Of a stretch of DNA of 64,000 bases, positions 51,007-62,512 are shown piece after piece. Under the pieces are notes generated by a model. It was not told the origin of the DNA and did no database searches. It saw only the letters and a program-made list of their open reading frames with translations. Numbering within the stretch: the stretch's first letter is position 1; the number at the start of each line of letters is the position of its first letter. Where the stretch lies: positions 17,980,001 through 18,044,000 of the forward strand of contig CM059438.1 in assembly GCA_030390025.1 (NCBI GenBank), given 5' to 3'. The DNA is from Squalus acanthias (Eukaryota). Made by a program: the position numbers and the translations under genes.

Positions 51007-52559
51007 TTAACTGGTAACCCATCTCATTGATATTTATGGGACCTTGCTGTGTACAAATTGGCTGCTGCTTTAACCTACAAAACGACAGTTCAAATGTAAT
51101 TAATTGGCTGTGCAGCACTTTAAGGCATCCTGAGAATGTAAAAGGCTCTATATGAACGAACGTAAGTTCTTACTTCTACTCAGACCATTTTAAAATAGTG
51201 AAATAAGAATTTAAATATTTGAATGTCAAAAGCTTGGCACAAACTACAGCGTCCTCCATCTAGCTGTCATTTCTTATATCTGTTAATGAAAATTGAGCTG
51301 AATAAGGACTTGATATTTTATCCGATTTTGTCCAAACTGCACAGATGTGTTTTGATATTTTAGGGAGTATCCAATATGCGTAATTTGAAAAAAGAACTCT
51401 AGCATCTGTGTTGTGTCGTCTCCCCCCCCCCCCCCCCCCCCAAATAAAGCACATTATAAACTGCATATGTATCTCCCATTGGAGACGGGTGGGGGGGCTG
51501 TCACAAACCTAAGTATCAAAACTTAAAAAAAAAAGGAATTGCTAGATTTTCATCATATTGTGCTATGTATACATAAGCACCATCACCTCAGAAACTTGAA
51601 ATCACTTTATTGGATTTTGACATCTTGTCATCGGACTGCATAAATACTTTGGAGAATGAGTACACACACAATTGATTATACTGTCACAAGATCGCCTTGG
51701 TTGTCTCGTCAATGTATTTGTAATTGAATTACTGTCTTCCTCAAATAAGATTGTGGGTTGCCTTTAAAAATAAGCATTCAATATCTGACATTCCCTCTCT
51801 AACGCTGCTTTTATTCCTTGACAAAACTACTATCAGTCAGCATTCTATTTACTAAAAGACAGGAAACTGAAGTGTATATATTGCTTCATTTGTACTGTCA
51901 TCTCAGTAACTTAAACTATTTTTGAACTTATTGGATTTCATACTGTGTAAATATTCTGAAATATCTTTGTTTCATCTGCATGTTAATGACACTATTGGGA
52001 GTGGGAAAGAGAAACTGACATTAAAATAAAGCTTATAATGTACTCTCAAAAATAAATATTTGCAGTGACAGTTGCATTTGTGTTTGTGCTTCTCATTACC
52101 TTTGGACTGTTTTGTGAATCATTTCCCAAAGAATTTCTGTAAACATTGCTTTCCATTGGGCACTTGTGCGAGCATGGTTTAATTTTCCAATTTAAAAAAA
52201 ATAATTAACGGGTTCATAGCTGGGCCAAAAGCGGTTTCTGCTTTTACCACGGTGCTACTACAGCTTAGCCATGGTAGCAGTTCACCCATCACTGTAATGC
52301 AGCAAATTTATTGAAGCAATATACCACATGACTGACTCAAGGTAGAAAATTTACTTCTTACAAATACTGAGAGGTACAGGTCCCACAGTTATATATTTGA
52401 AATACTGTTTACCTACTAATTTAAAAAAAACTTGCTCAAGATGCAAGTAACTTTCCTCCTACCCCCCCAAATCTCTCTTTCTCAATTACTTGCATTAAGA
52501 AATATTTATCTTTTTATTTCTCTACCTCCCAAAGCAGATTTACAATATTAACTTAAGAT

Positions 52560-53958
52560 GTCATGGGCGGAAGAGACCTCCCCAGGAGATCAGCGCAGCC
52601 TGGTTGCACATTGCACAGGAGGACACAAGCAGGGATGTGGTCAGGAGGACCAGGCTGCAGTGGCGCAAACCTTTCAACGATCTCAGTAGATCACGAAATG
52701 TTACTGCCAAGCCACACTCCACCTCATCCTGTTGTACCACTCATCACATCTCCATCACTCTGTCTTCCCTACCCTACTCCTGCACATCCTTACTCACCAA
52801 CTTCCCTTGCACCTACACCCATCCCTCTCTATCTACATTATCATTTCTCCATCTCACTAGCCACCCCTCACACTCACCCTCATCCTAGTCCAATCATACC
52901 AAGTAACAACACACAAGGGTAGGCACTTGGGTGTTTTAGCCAATGTTCATGTGAAGTTTCTGTTAATGTGCTGTCAAACATTTAAATCTTTTATTTTCAA
53001 CACTTTGCGTTCTTGGACAGATTTGTATGCACCTTTGTAATTGGCTTAATGAGTTGCAGTGAATGGTGAGACATAACGGTACCCCCGCAATGGCGATGAG
53101 TGTGAAAGGAATGGCTTGGGCATTGTAGGGATGTTTTATGGTGTTGGTGTGGGGTGGTGCCAACCTAGCGCATCATGTGGCAGCCAGGGTGTACAAGTGA
53201 AGTAAATCTGGCCATGGTGAGGCCATCCCTGGCGTTCCCGGGCAGCAATGTGGTCGGGTGCTGATGCCCTGTGTCCTGTGCAGCACTAGCTGATTGCGGT
53301 GAAGGTTGGTGGTGTTGTTGGTGCTGCTGGTGTGCCTGGTGCTGCTGGTGTTGGGGCTGATCGTGGTGGAATTCTGAGGAGCAAGGTGAGATTTTTTCAA
53401 GGGCACCCATGCTGATGGAATAGATGGCAGGTGAAGTTGAGATGTCAATAGCGATCTGTCAGTGATAAGAGAGGTTGTTCCAATGAGGTGACACTGGATA
53501 GAGAGTTTGCTCCAAACACTTGCAAGCTGCATAAAGCTCAATCTGTCTTCCAAATGCAGTAAGCAGCAGCTTCTAACCTTGGAAAGTGAACAGCTATGAA
53601 ATGGGAACTTTTATAGAACATTTGCAGCTGTCAAGTTAAGAAATGATCCCATGCTGACACAACTCCCGACCTGCTTACCTGACATGATCCCCGAGCAGCG
53701 GGGAAGCTGTGGGCGAACTCTTAAAATCTAACGGTGAGCTTAAAATAGTTTTGAAGTGCCCGTTAACAAGCTCTTAATCAAATAAATTGCCTCCCCCGCC
53801 GCTTGGTGTCGGGTCTGTTCAACGATGACAGACCTGACATCTGGGAAACTAACGTGGAGGCGGGTTGACAGCGGGTTCCCTACCCGCTGTCAAAAAACAT
53901 TTTTCCCAACCGACCCGCCACTGAACGTGCCCGCTGACCCCCCCGAAAAATTTCCCCC
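52560..53958. mobile_element. Harbinger deletion derivative with Myb/SANT-like ORF remnant
   Basis: + strand 52562-52700 AAWLHIAQEDTSRDVVRRTRLQWRKPFNDL; convergent minus-strand ORF remnant 53165-53410; right end AAAAATTTCCCCC. Confidence 0.7.
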
Positions 53959-53959
53959 T

Positions 53960-54597
53960 TCTGTGTCTACTCTATTAGAACCTTTTATAATTTTAAAGAC
54001 CTCTATTAGGTACCCCTCAACCTTCTCTTTTCAAGAGAAAAGAAATCCAGCCTGTTCATCCTTTCCTGATGGTTATATTCTTCCAGTTCTGGTATCATCC
54101 TTGTAAATCTCTCCAGTGCCTCTATTTTTATAATCTGGCGCCCAGAACTATAATCAGTACTCCAAGTGTGGTCTAACCAAGGTTTAATACAAGTTCAGCA
54201 TAACTTCTCTATTTTCCAACTCTATCCCTTCAGAAATAAACTCAAGTGCTTGGTTTGCTTTTTTTTAATGGCCTTATTAACCTGCTTCACCACTTTTAGT
54301 GATTTGTGTATTTGTACTCCCGGATCCCTTTACTCCTCTACCCCATTTAGATTCTTATTTTCCAAGTAATATGTGACATCCTGATTTTTCTTAGCAAACT
54401 GTGATACCTCACACTTATCTATGTTGAAATTAATTTGCCAAATATATGCCCATTCTGCAAGTTTATTAATGTCTTCATGTAATTTGTTACAGTCCTCCTC
54501 AGTATTGACTGTCTCTTTCCACCCCCACCATTTGATGTCGTCCGCAAATTTAGAAATTGTGTTTTTGATTCCAAAGTCTAAATCATTAATATAAATT
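53960..54597 (-). mobile_element. CR1 LINE fragment
   Basis: Colinear with 44450-45030. Confidence 0.8.
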
Positions 54598-55052
54598 AAT
54601 AATATAATATAAATGATTTCCTAAACATGGACATGGCTAATTTCACTAGCCATATCTTTAAGTGGCCTTGTATGAAGTCCATCATGGCCTGCTTCCTAGT
54701 TTTTTAACTTCCTCAGCCAATTAGTAACCACATTATCGGAACTTCCTATTTATTTCAGTACTTCCTTCATTCCACCAGGAACCTCAGTTTCTGTGCTATG
54801 GAGAATGCTAACACTCAATTCTCTAAACACAGAAGAAAATAATTCATTTCGTACTAGTTGATCTCCCATGGCGCTGCACATGGGCAGTCAAAACCAAGTG
54901 TATTCAGGTGAAGCAGGGTTAGAGGGCAAGGGATAATTGGACCATGGTGCACAGACAGAAATCCATCGGCATTTTAAGGTAATCTATTCTGTCCTTATTT
55001 TCATAAAATACTTTGATGGAAAACATATGGCAATTAAGAAAGCAGAGATGTA

Positions 55053-55865
55053 GGGCTGGATTTTGTCAATGGGGATGTAATGGAGGCGGGACTCCCACTT
55101 TTTGGGTTGTAGTCCCGCCTCCATTGACTTGTGGCCAACCCACTGTATTTTCCCTTGATTGACCTTGTTAAGCCCGCCCAGCAGGCTTAGCAGGCCAATC
55201 AAGGGTCCCTTGGATACAGGTGACGTCAGCCATTGAAATTTCTTCTGTCAAGAGCTTTTGACAGATGCAATTTCAGCGTTTGACAGCTCTGTGAAGCTGT
55301 CAAACACTGACAATATGATTTCTATCGTGAGCCCCTGTACTTAGACTCAGTTAGAAATCAATCCAGCACAGAAAGCAGAGACTGCAGCTTTTGACAGCTC
55401 CGCGGCCATTCTGCTTTCTGTGCCGGTGAGCTGAGGGACTCCCAAGAACTGAAGGAAGGAAGCCTGCAGGACAAAGTTAAGGTAAGTACAAGTTCTTAAA
55501 ACACTTTACACACACCAAACACACTTACCTCTGCACTCATGCACCCATCACTCACCTGCACACCGGACATCTCGACCCCTCCAGACCGACGGTCCGCCTC
55601 GCTAAATCGGCGTGGTTCGGACCTGTCAGGAAGCCCACACTTCAGGGCTAAAAATAGGGATTAGGCAAAAAACTACCTGTTAACAGGCAGTTTATTGGCA
55701 CTAATCCCCTTCCCGCCTCGGGGAGGCGGGTCCCAGCACAGGTCGGGCACCCGCCTCCTGTGAAACTGGCATGGGGGCGGGATGGGTTCGGAACCCCCGA
55801 GTCTGCTATTTTAACCCCCCACACGCCTCCAAACCCCCCTCCACGGGTCAATGAAAATTCTGCCC
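55053..55865. mobile_element. Harbinger-like MITE
   Basis: TIR GGGCTGGATTTT / AAAATTCTGCCC; TSD GTA/GTA. Confidence 0.8.
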
Positions 55866-56106
55866 GTAGAGTTGGATAGAGCATACAAGTTTCTCTGCAG
55901 AACATGCTTAAAGAACTGGGAGTTGCAAAGCTGAGAGGCTGCGGCACCAGCACTGGTGGAGGGTGTAATCAGAGTGACGGGTTTACATAGGTAGTTTATA
56001 CACATCCAGTCAACTTTTTCCCGTTCTAAACATTTATAAATGTTTGCAATCCTTTGTTCTTCTGATATCATGTCTCCTTTGGGATCTTTCAGCAGGCCCA
56101 CCATTT

Positions 56107-57238
56107 TAAGAACATAAGAAAGAGGAGTCGGCCATTCGGCCCTTTGAGCCATTCAGTAAGATCATGGCTGACCTTCGACCTCAACTCCACCTTCCCGCAC
56201 TATCCCCATATCCCTTGATTCCCTTAGTATCTAAAAATTTATCGATCTCTGTCTTGTATATACTCAACGACTGAGCATCCACAGCCTTCTGGGGTAGAGA
56301 ATTCCAAAGATTCACCACCCTCAGTGAAGAAATTTCTCCTCATCTCAGTCCTAAATGGCCGACCCCTTATTCTGAGATTGTGACCCCTAGTTCTAGACTC
56401 CCTAGCCAGGGGAAACATCCTCCCGGCATCTACCCTGTCAAGCCCTGTAAGAATTTTATATGTTTCAATGAGATCACCTTTCACTCTTCTAAACTGTAGA
56501 GAATATAGGCCAGGTCTACTCAATCTCTCCTCATAGGACAATCCCCCCCATCCCAGGAACCAGTCTGGTGAACCTTCGTTACACTCACTCTGTGGCAAGT
56601 ATATCCTTCCTTAGGTAAGGAGACCAAAACTGTACACAATACTCCAGATGTGGTCTCACCAGGGCCCCATATAATTGCAGTAGGACGTCTTTACTGTTAT
56701 ACACCAATCCTTTTGTAATAAAGGCCAGCATACCATTTGCTTTCCTAATTGCTTGCTGTACCTGCATGTTAACTTTCAGTGATTTGTGTACAAGGACACC
56801 CAGGTCCCTCTGAATACCAACATTTCCCAATCTCTCGCCAGTTAAAAAAAAATATTCTGTTTTTCTATTTTTCCTACCAAAGTGGATAACTTCAGATTTC
56901 TCCACATTATACTCCATCTGCCATGTTCTTGCCCACTCACTTAAAATATCTATATCACTTTGCAGCCTCTTTGCATCCTCCTCACAACTCACTTTCTCAC
57001 CTAGCTTTGTATCGTCAGCAAACTTGGATGCATTGCACTCGGTCCCTTCATCTAAGTCATTAATATAGATTGTAAATAGCTGAGGCCCAAGCACTGATCC
57101 TTGCGGTACCCCACTAGTTACAGCCTGCCAACCCGAAAATGACCCGTTTATTCCTGCAGTCTGTTTTCCGTCCGTTAACCAATCCTCAATCCATGCTAAT
57201 ATATTACCCCCAATCCCATGAGCCCTAATTTTGTGTAA
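56107..57238 (-). mobile_element. 5'-truncated CR1 LINE
   Basis: ORF 56585-57289 GVPQGSVLGP...FADD...LVRPHLEYCVQFWSP. Confidence 0.9.
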
Positions 57239-57889
57239 TTTTCTTTTTGACTTGTTTCCTGTGAGTATACTTGTAGAAATGCTAGACATTTATTAATATT
57301 CCCTGCTCTCCATCTTCACTTTCTATTTTACCTCTCCTGGTTAGCTTCTTATCCTTGATTTTAAGTTCATCTAGGTCTATCTTTAAGAGAATGTGATGGA
57401 TGGATCAGGATAACAGTGTTTATATGCACGAGAAATAAAGTCGGGATCCAGAACTACTAATTAGAATGGTGGGACATGATGTTGCATCTTTGACAGAAAC
57501 ATGCCTTCAGCCAGGGCGAGATTGAAAACTAAATACTCCTGTCTATAAAATGTTCAGAGAAGAATTAAAGGGAGCTGGGGTAGCTTTATTAATTAAGGAT
57601 ATAATTGCAGCTATGGAAATGGAATCTCTTCTTGATGGTAATTCTCAGGAGGAGTCTGTCTAAGTTGAGAAATAATAGGGGATCTGTTGCCATATTTGGG
57701 AGTACATTATAGATCACTGGATAAAAGAATGCGGATTTCGGGAGGACGTCGGTAGGTAGCAGATACAGCGAGATTGTGAAGTGGTGCATTTTAGATGAAA
57801 AAAGAATAGTGAAAGGGTAGTCTGCCATAAATTGTAAGATGCTTAACAGTGGAATAATAGACAAATGGGATTCTGGGTTATATTCATGG

Positions 57890-58470
57890 GACATCGAATA
57901 TTAAAGCAAGGAAGTGATGTTGAATTTGTACAGCGTAGTGGTTAGGCACAGTTGGAGCATTGCAAGCAGTTTTGGACACCCAACTGAGAAGCGATACTTG
58001 AAACATGGAAAAGCTACAGCACCGGTTTACCACAATGATATCAGGAAGGAGAGTTTCTAGTTATGACAAAAGCCTTGATAAACTCTGGCTTTTTCACTTG
58101 AACAAAGGAGGTTAAAGGGCATCTGATGGAGGTTTTCAAATTTATGTAAGGTTTTAAGAGGGTAAATAGCGAAAGATTGTTTCTGCTGGGTAGTGAATTA
58201 GCCGTGAGGGGGCATAGACTCACTAGAAGAACAAAGTGGGACGAAATATCTTCACACAAAAGGTTATTAGGACAGAATGCTTTACCACAAATGGCTATTG
58301 AGACAGACTGTAGCATAATTTAAAAGGGAATTGGATAAATATTTTAAAAAGAATATAAAAGGGGAGGAATGGGAATAAGCCTAGATAGCTCCAGCTGAAG
58401 ACCTAGCACCAGCACAGGCATAATGGGCTGAACATCCACCTTCCGTGCTGTAATATGTATGATTCCATGA
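57890..58470 (+). mobile_element. Old decayed CR1 3' fragment
   Basis: Degenerate VRxQLEHCxQFW, FTQK and tail GGCATAATGGGCTGAA...ATGATTC. Confidence 0.55.
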
Positions 58471-60101
58471 GCACTCAGTTGGTTTGCTTGGTTTCTCTAC
58501 TACTTGATAACAAATTTGCATGAGACTGAATTACAATGAATACATTATGAACTAATTTGAAAAATAATTAGCTGGAAGGCATTTGCATTGAGCTGGAATA
58601 AAATAACAAAGAAATTGAATATCAGCCAGTTTCCACTGTATAAATGTAAGTAATGTGAATATTAGAAATGTGTTTATAAGCATCAGGTTGATGTGTTACA
58701 AGGAGGTGAGATAGGATGTGTGATGTAAAAGAAAGATTTGCATTTATATAGTGCCTTTCACGACCACCGGACGTCTCAAAGCGCTTTACAACCAATGAAG
58801 TACTTTTGGAGTGTAGTCAATGTTGTAATGTGTGTACATATATAGAAAAAATTATTATGCATACGCACACACAAGCAAGCGCGCGCACACACACAATGTC
58901 TGTGCATTTCCTATCTACAAAGCTTTGCTTCATGCTGTCACATTTTTGTTATGCTTTTATGTCGAACTTTTTCCCTGCAAACTCCTATATCCACATTTAT
59001 AATGGAAACTGCCAAGCCTGCAAGAAGACCAGGATAGGATGCGAACCTGTGAACGTCTGATAACAGAGTTAACGTCTATGGCAGGAGACCGCTTAATGGA
59101 AACTGCCGATGTAAACTTGTCATGCAGTAATCACACTCTCCACCTTCGTAACCTGTACTGCAGAGAAGCACCTATGCTCCAACCAACTCAAATTTCTCTT
59201 TCAAAATTGTCTTCAGTTTTACTACTAAATTATTAAAATATATAAAGATTAGAACAGAATGTATGACTTGATAAATGAGGACTGAATATATTTAATATTG
59301 AATATCTACCTCTACTTTATTACTAATCGTAAATCTGCGATACAAGTGCAGTTGTATGATCTCAGTAACTTATAAATACTTTTAGATTTTAACAACTTCT
59401 GATAAATGGTTTCCTCTCATTCAACATTCTTTTATGAATAATAATATAGCGAAATATGTGCATCCATATACAATTGATAAAACTTAAATCATTTACAGAG
59501 TCAACTTTTCAAAATCCACCTGATCTTCATTATTACCATTTGATTATAGCTATTTGTAAATGAAAACTAAAATTAAGGCTCCAAAATTGTTTCATGCAAC
59601 TCAATATTAATTAATTCTATTTAGTATAGAATATATTTAGATTCTCCCATAGTTTGGTACCTTGTATACCAAAAATACTGGGGAACCAAGGGGCGAATGA
59701 GAATGAGAAACTTAAAATAATTAATATCAGTCGAGAAAATGTCTTGAGAAACTAATGGGACTAAAAGCCGACAAATTCCCTGGACCTAATGGTCTACATC
59801 CTAGGGTTCTAAAAGAGCTGAATGCAGAGATAGTGGGTGTATTGGTTGTGATCTTCCAAAATTCCCTAGATTTTAGAACGGTCCCAGCGGATTGGAAGGT
59901 AGCAAATGTAACCCCACTATTCAACTTAGGTGGGAGAGAGAAAACAGGGAACTACAGGCCAGTTAGCCTGACATCAGTCGTTGGGGAAAATGCTGGAATC
60001 CATTATGAAGGAAGTGGTAACAGGGCACTTAGAAAATCATAATATGATTAAAGTGAGAAGTCGCACAACACCAGGTTATAGTCCAACAGTTTTATTTGAA
60101 A

Positions 60102-60139
60102 TCACAAGCTTTCGGAGCTGCTGCCCCTTCGTCAGGTGA
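60102..60139 (-). ncRNA. Minimal type I hammerhead ribozyme motif, left arm
   Basis: Minus strand TCAC-CTGACGA-A-GGGGC(AGCA)GCTCC-GAAA-GC-TT-GTGA. Confidence 0.8.
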
Positions 60140-60373
60140 AGTGAAGGAATACGAATCGGCAAAGCATATATAGACAGAGAACAATGCATGTGTAGCGTAC
60201 AATGTCAGACGACTACATTTTATCTTTCTGACTGCCTTTCATCACACCTCGGCAGAGAAACAGAGGTGTGATGAAAGGCAGTCAGAAAGATAAAATGTAG
60301 TCGTCTGACATTGTACGCTACACAGGCATTGTTCTCTGTCTATATGTGCTTTGCCGATTCGTATTCCTTCACT

Positions 60374-60411
60374 TCATCTGACGAAGGGGCAGCAGCTCCG
60401 AAAGCTTATGA
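60374..60411 (+). ncRNA. Minimal type I hammerhead ribozyme motif, right arm
   Basis: TCAT-CTGACGA-A-GGGGC(AGCA)GCTCC-GAAA-GC-TT-ATGA. Confidence 0.8.
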
Positions 60412-62149
60412 TTTCAAATAAAACTATTGGACTATAACCTGGTGTTGTGCGACTTCTCACTTTTGTCCACCCCAGTCCAACACCGGCATCTCCACATCAT
60501 AATATGATTAGGCAGAGTCAGCATGGTTTTATGAAAGGGAAATCATGTTTAACAAATGTATTAGAGTTTTTTGAGGATGTAACTAGCAGGGTAGATAAAG
60601 CGGAACCAGTGGATGTAGTATATTTGGATTTCCAAAAGGCATTCGATAAAGTGCTACATAAAAGGTTGTTGCACAAGATAAGGGCACATGGGGTTGGGGG
60701 TAATCTATCAGCATGGATAGAGGATTAGTTAATGGACAGAAAGCAGAGAGTTGGGATAAACGTATCATTTTCAGATTGGTAGGCTGTAACTAGTGGGGTG
60801 CCGCAAAGATCAGTGCTTGGGCCTCAGCTATTTACAATCTATATTAATGACTTAGATGAAGGGACCGAGGGCAATGTATTCAAGTTTGCTGATGATACAA
60901 AGCTAGGTGGGAAAGTAAGTTGTGAGGAGGACGAAAAGAGCCTGCAAAGGGATATAGACAGTTTAAGTGAGTGGGCAATAAGGTAGCAGCTGGAGTATAA
61001 TGTGGGGAAATGTGAGGTTATTCACTTTGGTAGGAAGAATAGAAAAACAGAATATTTTTTAAATGGTGAGAAATTATTAAATGTTGGTGTTCAGAGAGAT
61101 TTAGGTGTCCTAGTACAAGAAACACAGAGAGTTAGCATGCAGATACAGCAAGCAATTAAGAAGGCAAATGGCATGTTGGCCTTTATTGCTAGAGGGTTGG
61201 AGTACAACAGTAAGGAAGTCTTGCTACAATTGTACAGGGCTCTGGTGAGACCACACCTGGAGTACTGTGCACAGTTTTGGTCTCCTTATCTAAAGAAGGA
61301 TATACTTGCCTTGAAGATGGTGAAATTATGGTTCACTAAATTGATTCCTGGGATGAGAGGGTTGGATTGAGTAGATTGGGCCTATACTCTCTGGCGCTTG
61401 GAAGAATGAGAGATGATCTCATTGAAACATATAAGATTCTGAGGGGGATTGACAGGGTAGATGCTGAGAGGTTGTTTCCCCTGGCTGGAGTGTCTAGAGC
61501 TAGGGGGCATAGTCTCAGGATAAGGAGTTGGCCTTTTAAGACTGAGATGAGGAGGAATTTCTTCACTCAGAGGGTTGTGAATCTTTGAAATTCTCTGCCC
61601 CAAAGATCTGTGGATGCTGAGTCGTTGAGTATATTCAAGGCTGAGATAGATACATTTTTGGACTCTAGAGGAACCAAGGGATATGGGGATCGGGCTGGAA
61701 AGTGGAGTTAAGGTCGAAGATCAGCCGTGATCTTATTGAATGGCGGAGCAGGCTCGAGGGGCCATATGGCCTACTCCTGCTTCTAATTCTTATGTTCTTA
61801 CAATTCAAAGGTTTATGAAGCTAGGTTCTACTCTAATCCAGGTCGATTCATCTTCAAGCCGAAATATAAGGTCGTCAACAAATCTGAAATGAAGATTTGA
61901 ACACGTACAATATAGTAATACTCATCTGCGTGCAGTGGAAACACCTCTTCACTTGCTAGACTATCATTGAGCAGATGCTTACGTATCCCCTTCCTATCAA
62001 AGTTTCAGATGTTTTTCTCCGCTTCCCATCTCCCTAACTTCTCCATTACATGCCAACACAGTACATAAGCATAGCAAAAACAGTTTCAAAAAAAGCGCAC
62101 AACACCAAAATTTATAGTTCAGCAGGATGCCTAATCGATTGACTTTAAA

Positions 62150-62512
62150 TCCCTTCATGGTCTCGCCCTTCCCTATCCCTGTAACCTTAATCTGTACACC
62201 CGCTACCTACCCCCAAAAAACTTTGTACCCCCTCCGACTCTGGTCTCTTGTGTATCCCTCCTCCCTTCGCTCCACCAGTGGTGGCCTTGCCTTCAGTCAT
62301 CTAAGCTGTATGCTCTGGAATTCTCTCCCTAAACTTTTCCACCTCTCTACCTTCCTCTCCTCCTTTAAGCGCCTCTTTAAAACCCACCTCTGTGACCAAG
62401 CTTTTGATCGCCCTTCCTAATATTTCTTTCTTTGGCTCAGCATACATTTTTTGTCTGATTAAGCAGCTGTGAAGTGTCTTGGGACATTTCTATGTTAAAT
62501 GCAAGTTGTTGT
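62150..62512 (+). mobile_element. L2 LINE 3' fragment
   Basis: Translation GGLAFSHLSCMLWNSLP...SFKRLFKTHLCDQAF; tail AAATGCAAGTTGTTGTTG. Confidence 0.75.

Larger units (their letters stand above)
60051..60495. mobile_element. Fold-back Penelope-type element, family A: two inverted 200-bp arms plus 33-nt tail
   Basis: Arms 60051-60250 and 60263-60462 with 5 mismatches counted by eye, 12-nt spacer, 15-bp TSD ATCATAATATGATTA (60036-60050, 60496-60510). Confidence 0.9.
59678..61800 (+). mobile_element. 5'-truncated CR1 LINE interrupted by a fold-back element
   Basis: PGPNGLHPRVLKE, NYRPVSLTS, QHGFMKGKSC, LDFQKAFD and FADD; TTCTTATG tail. Confidence 0.92.

Noticed and set aside
60051-60462. Assembly fold-back artefact or DNA-transposon TIRs
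   Set aside because: Arms differ at 5 sites, the insert has a clean 15-bp TSD and a one-sided tail, and the CR1 resumes correctly after it; this fits target-primed insertion.
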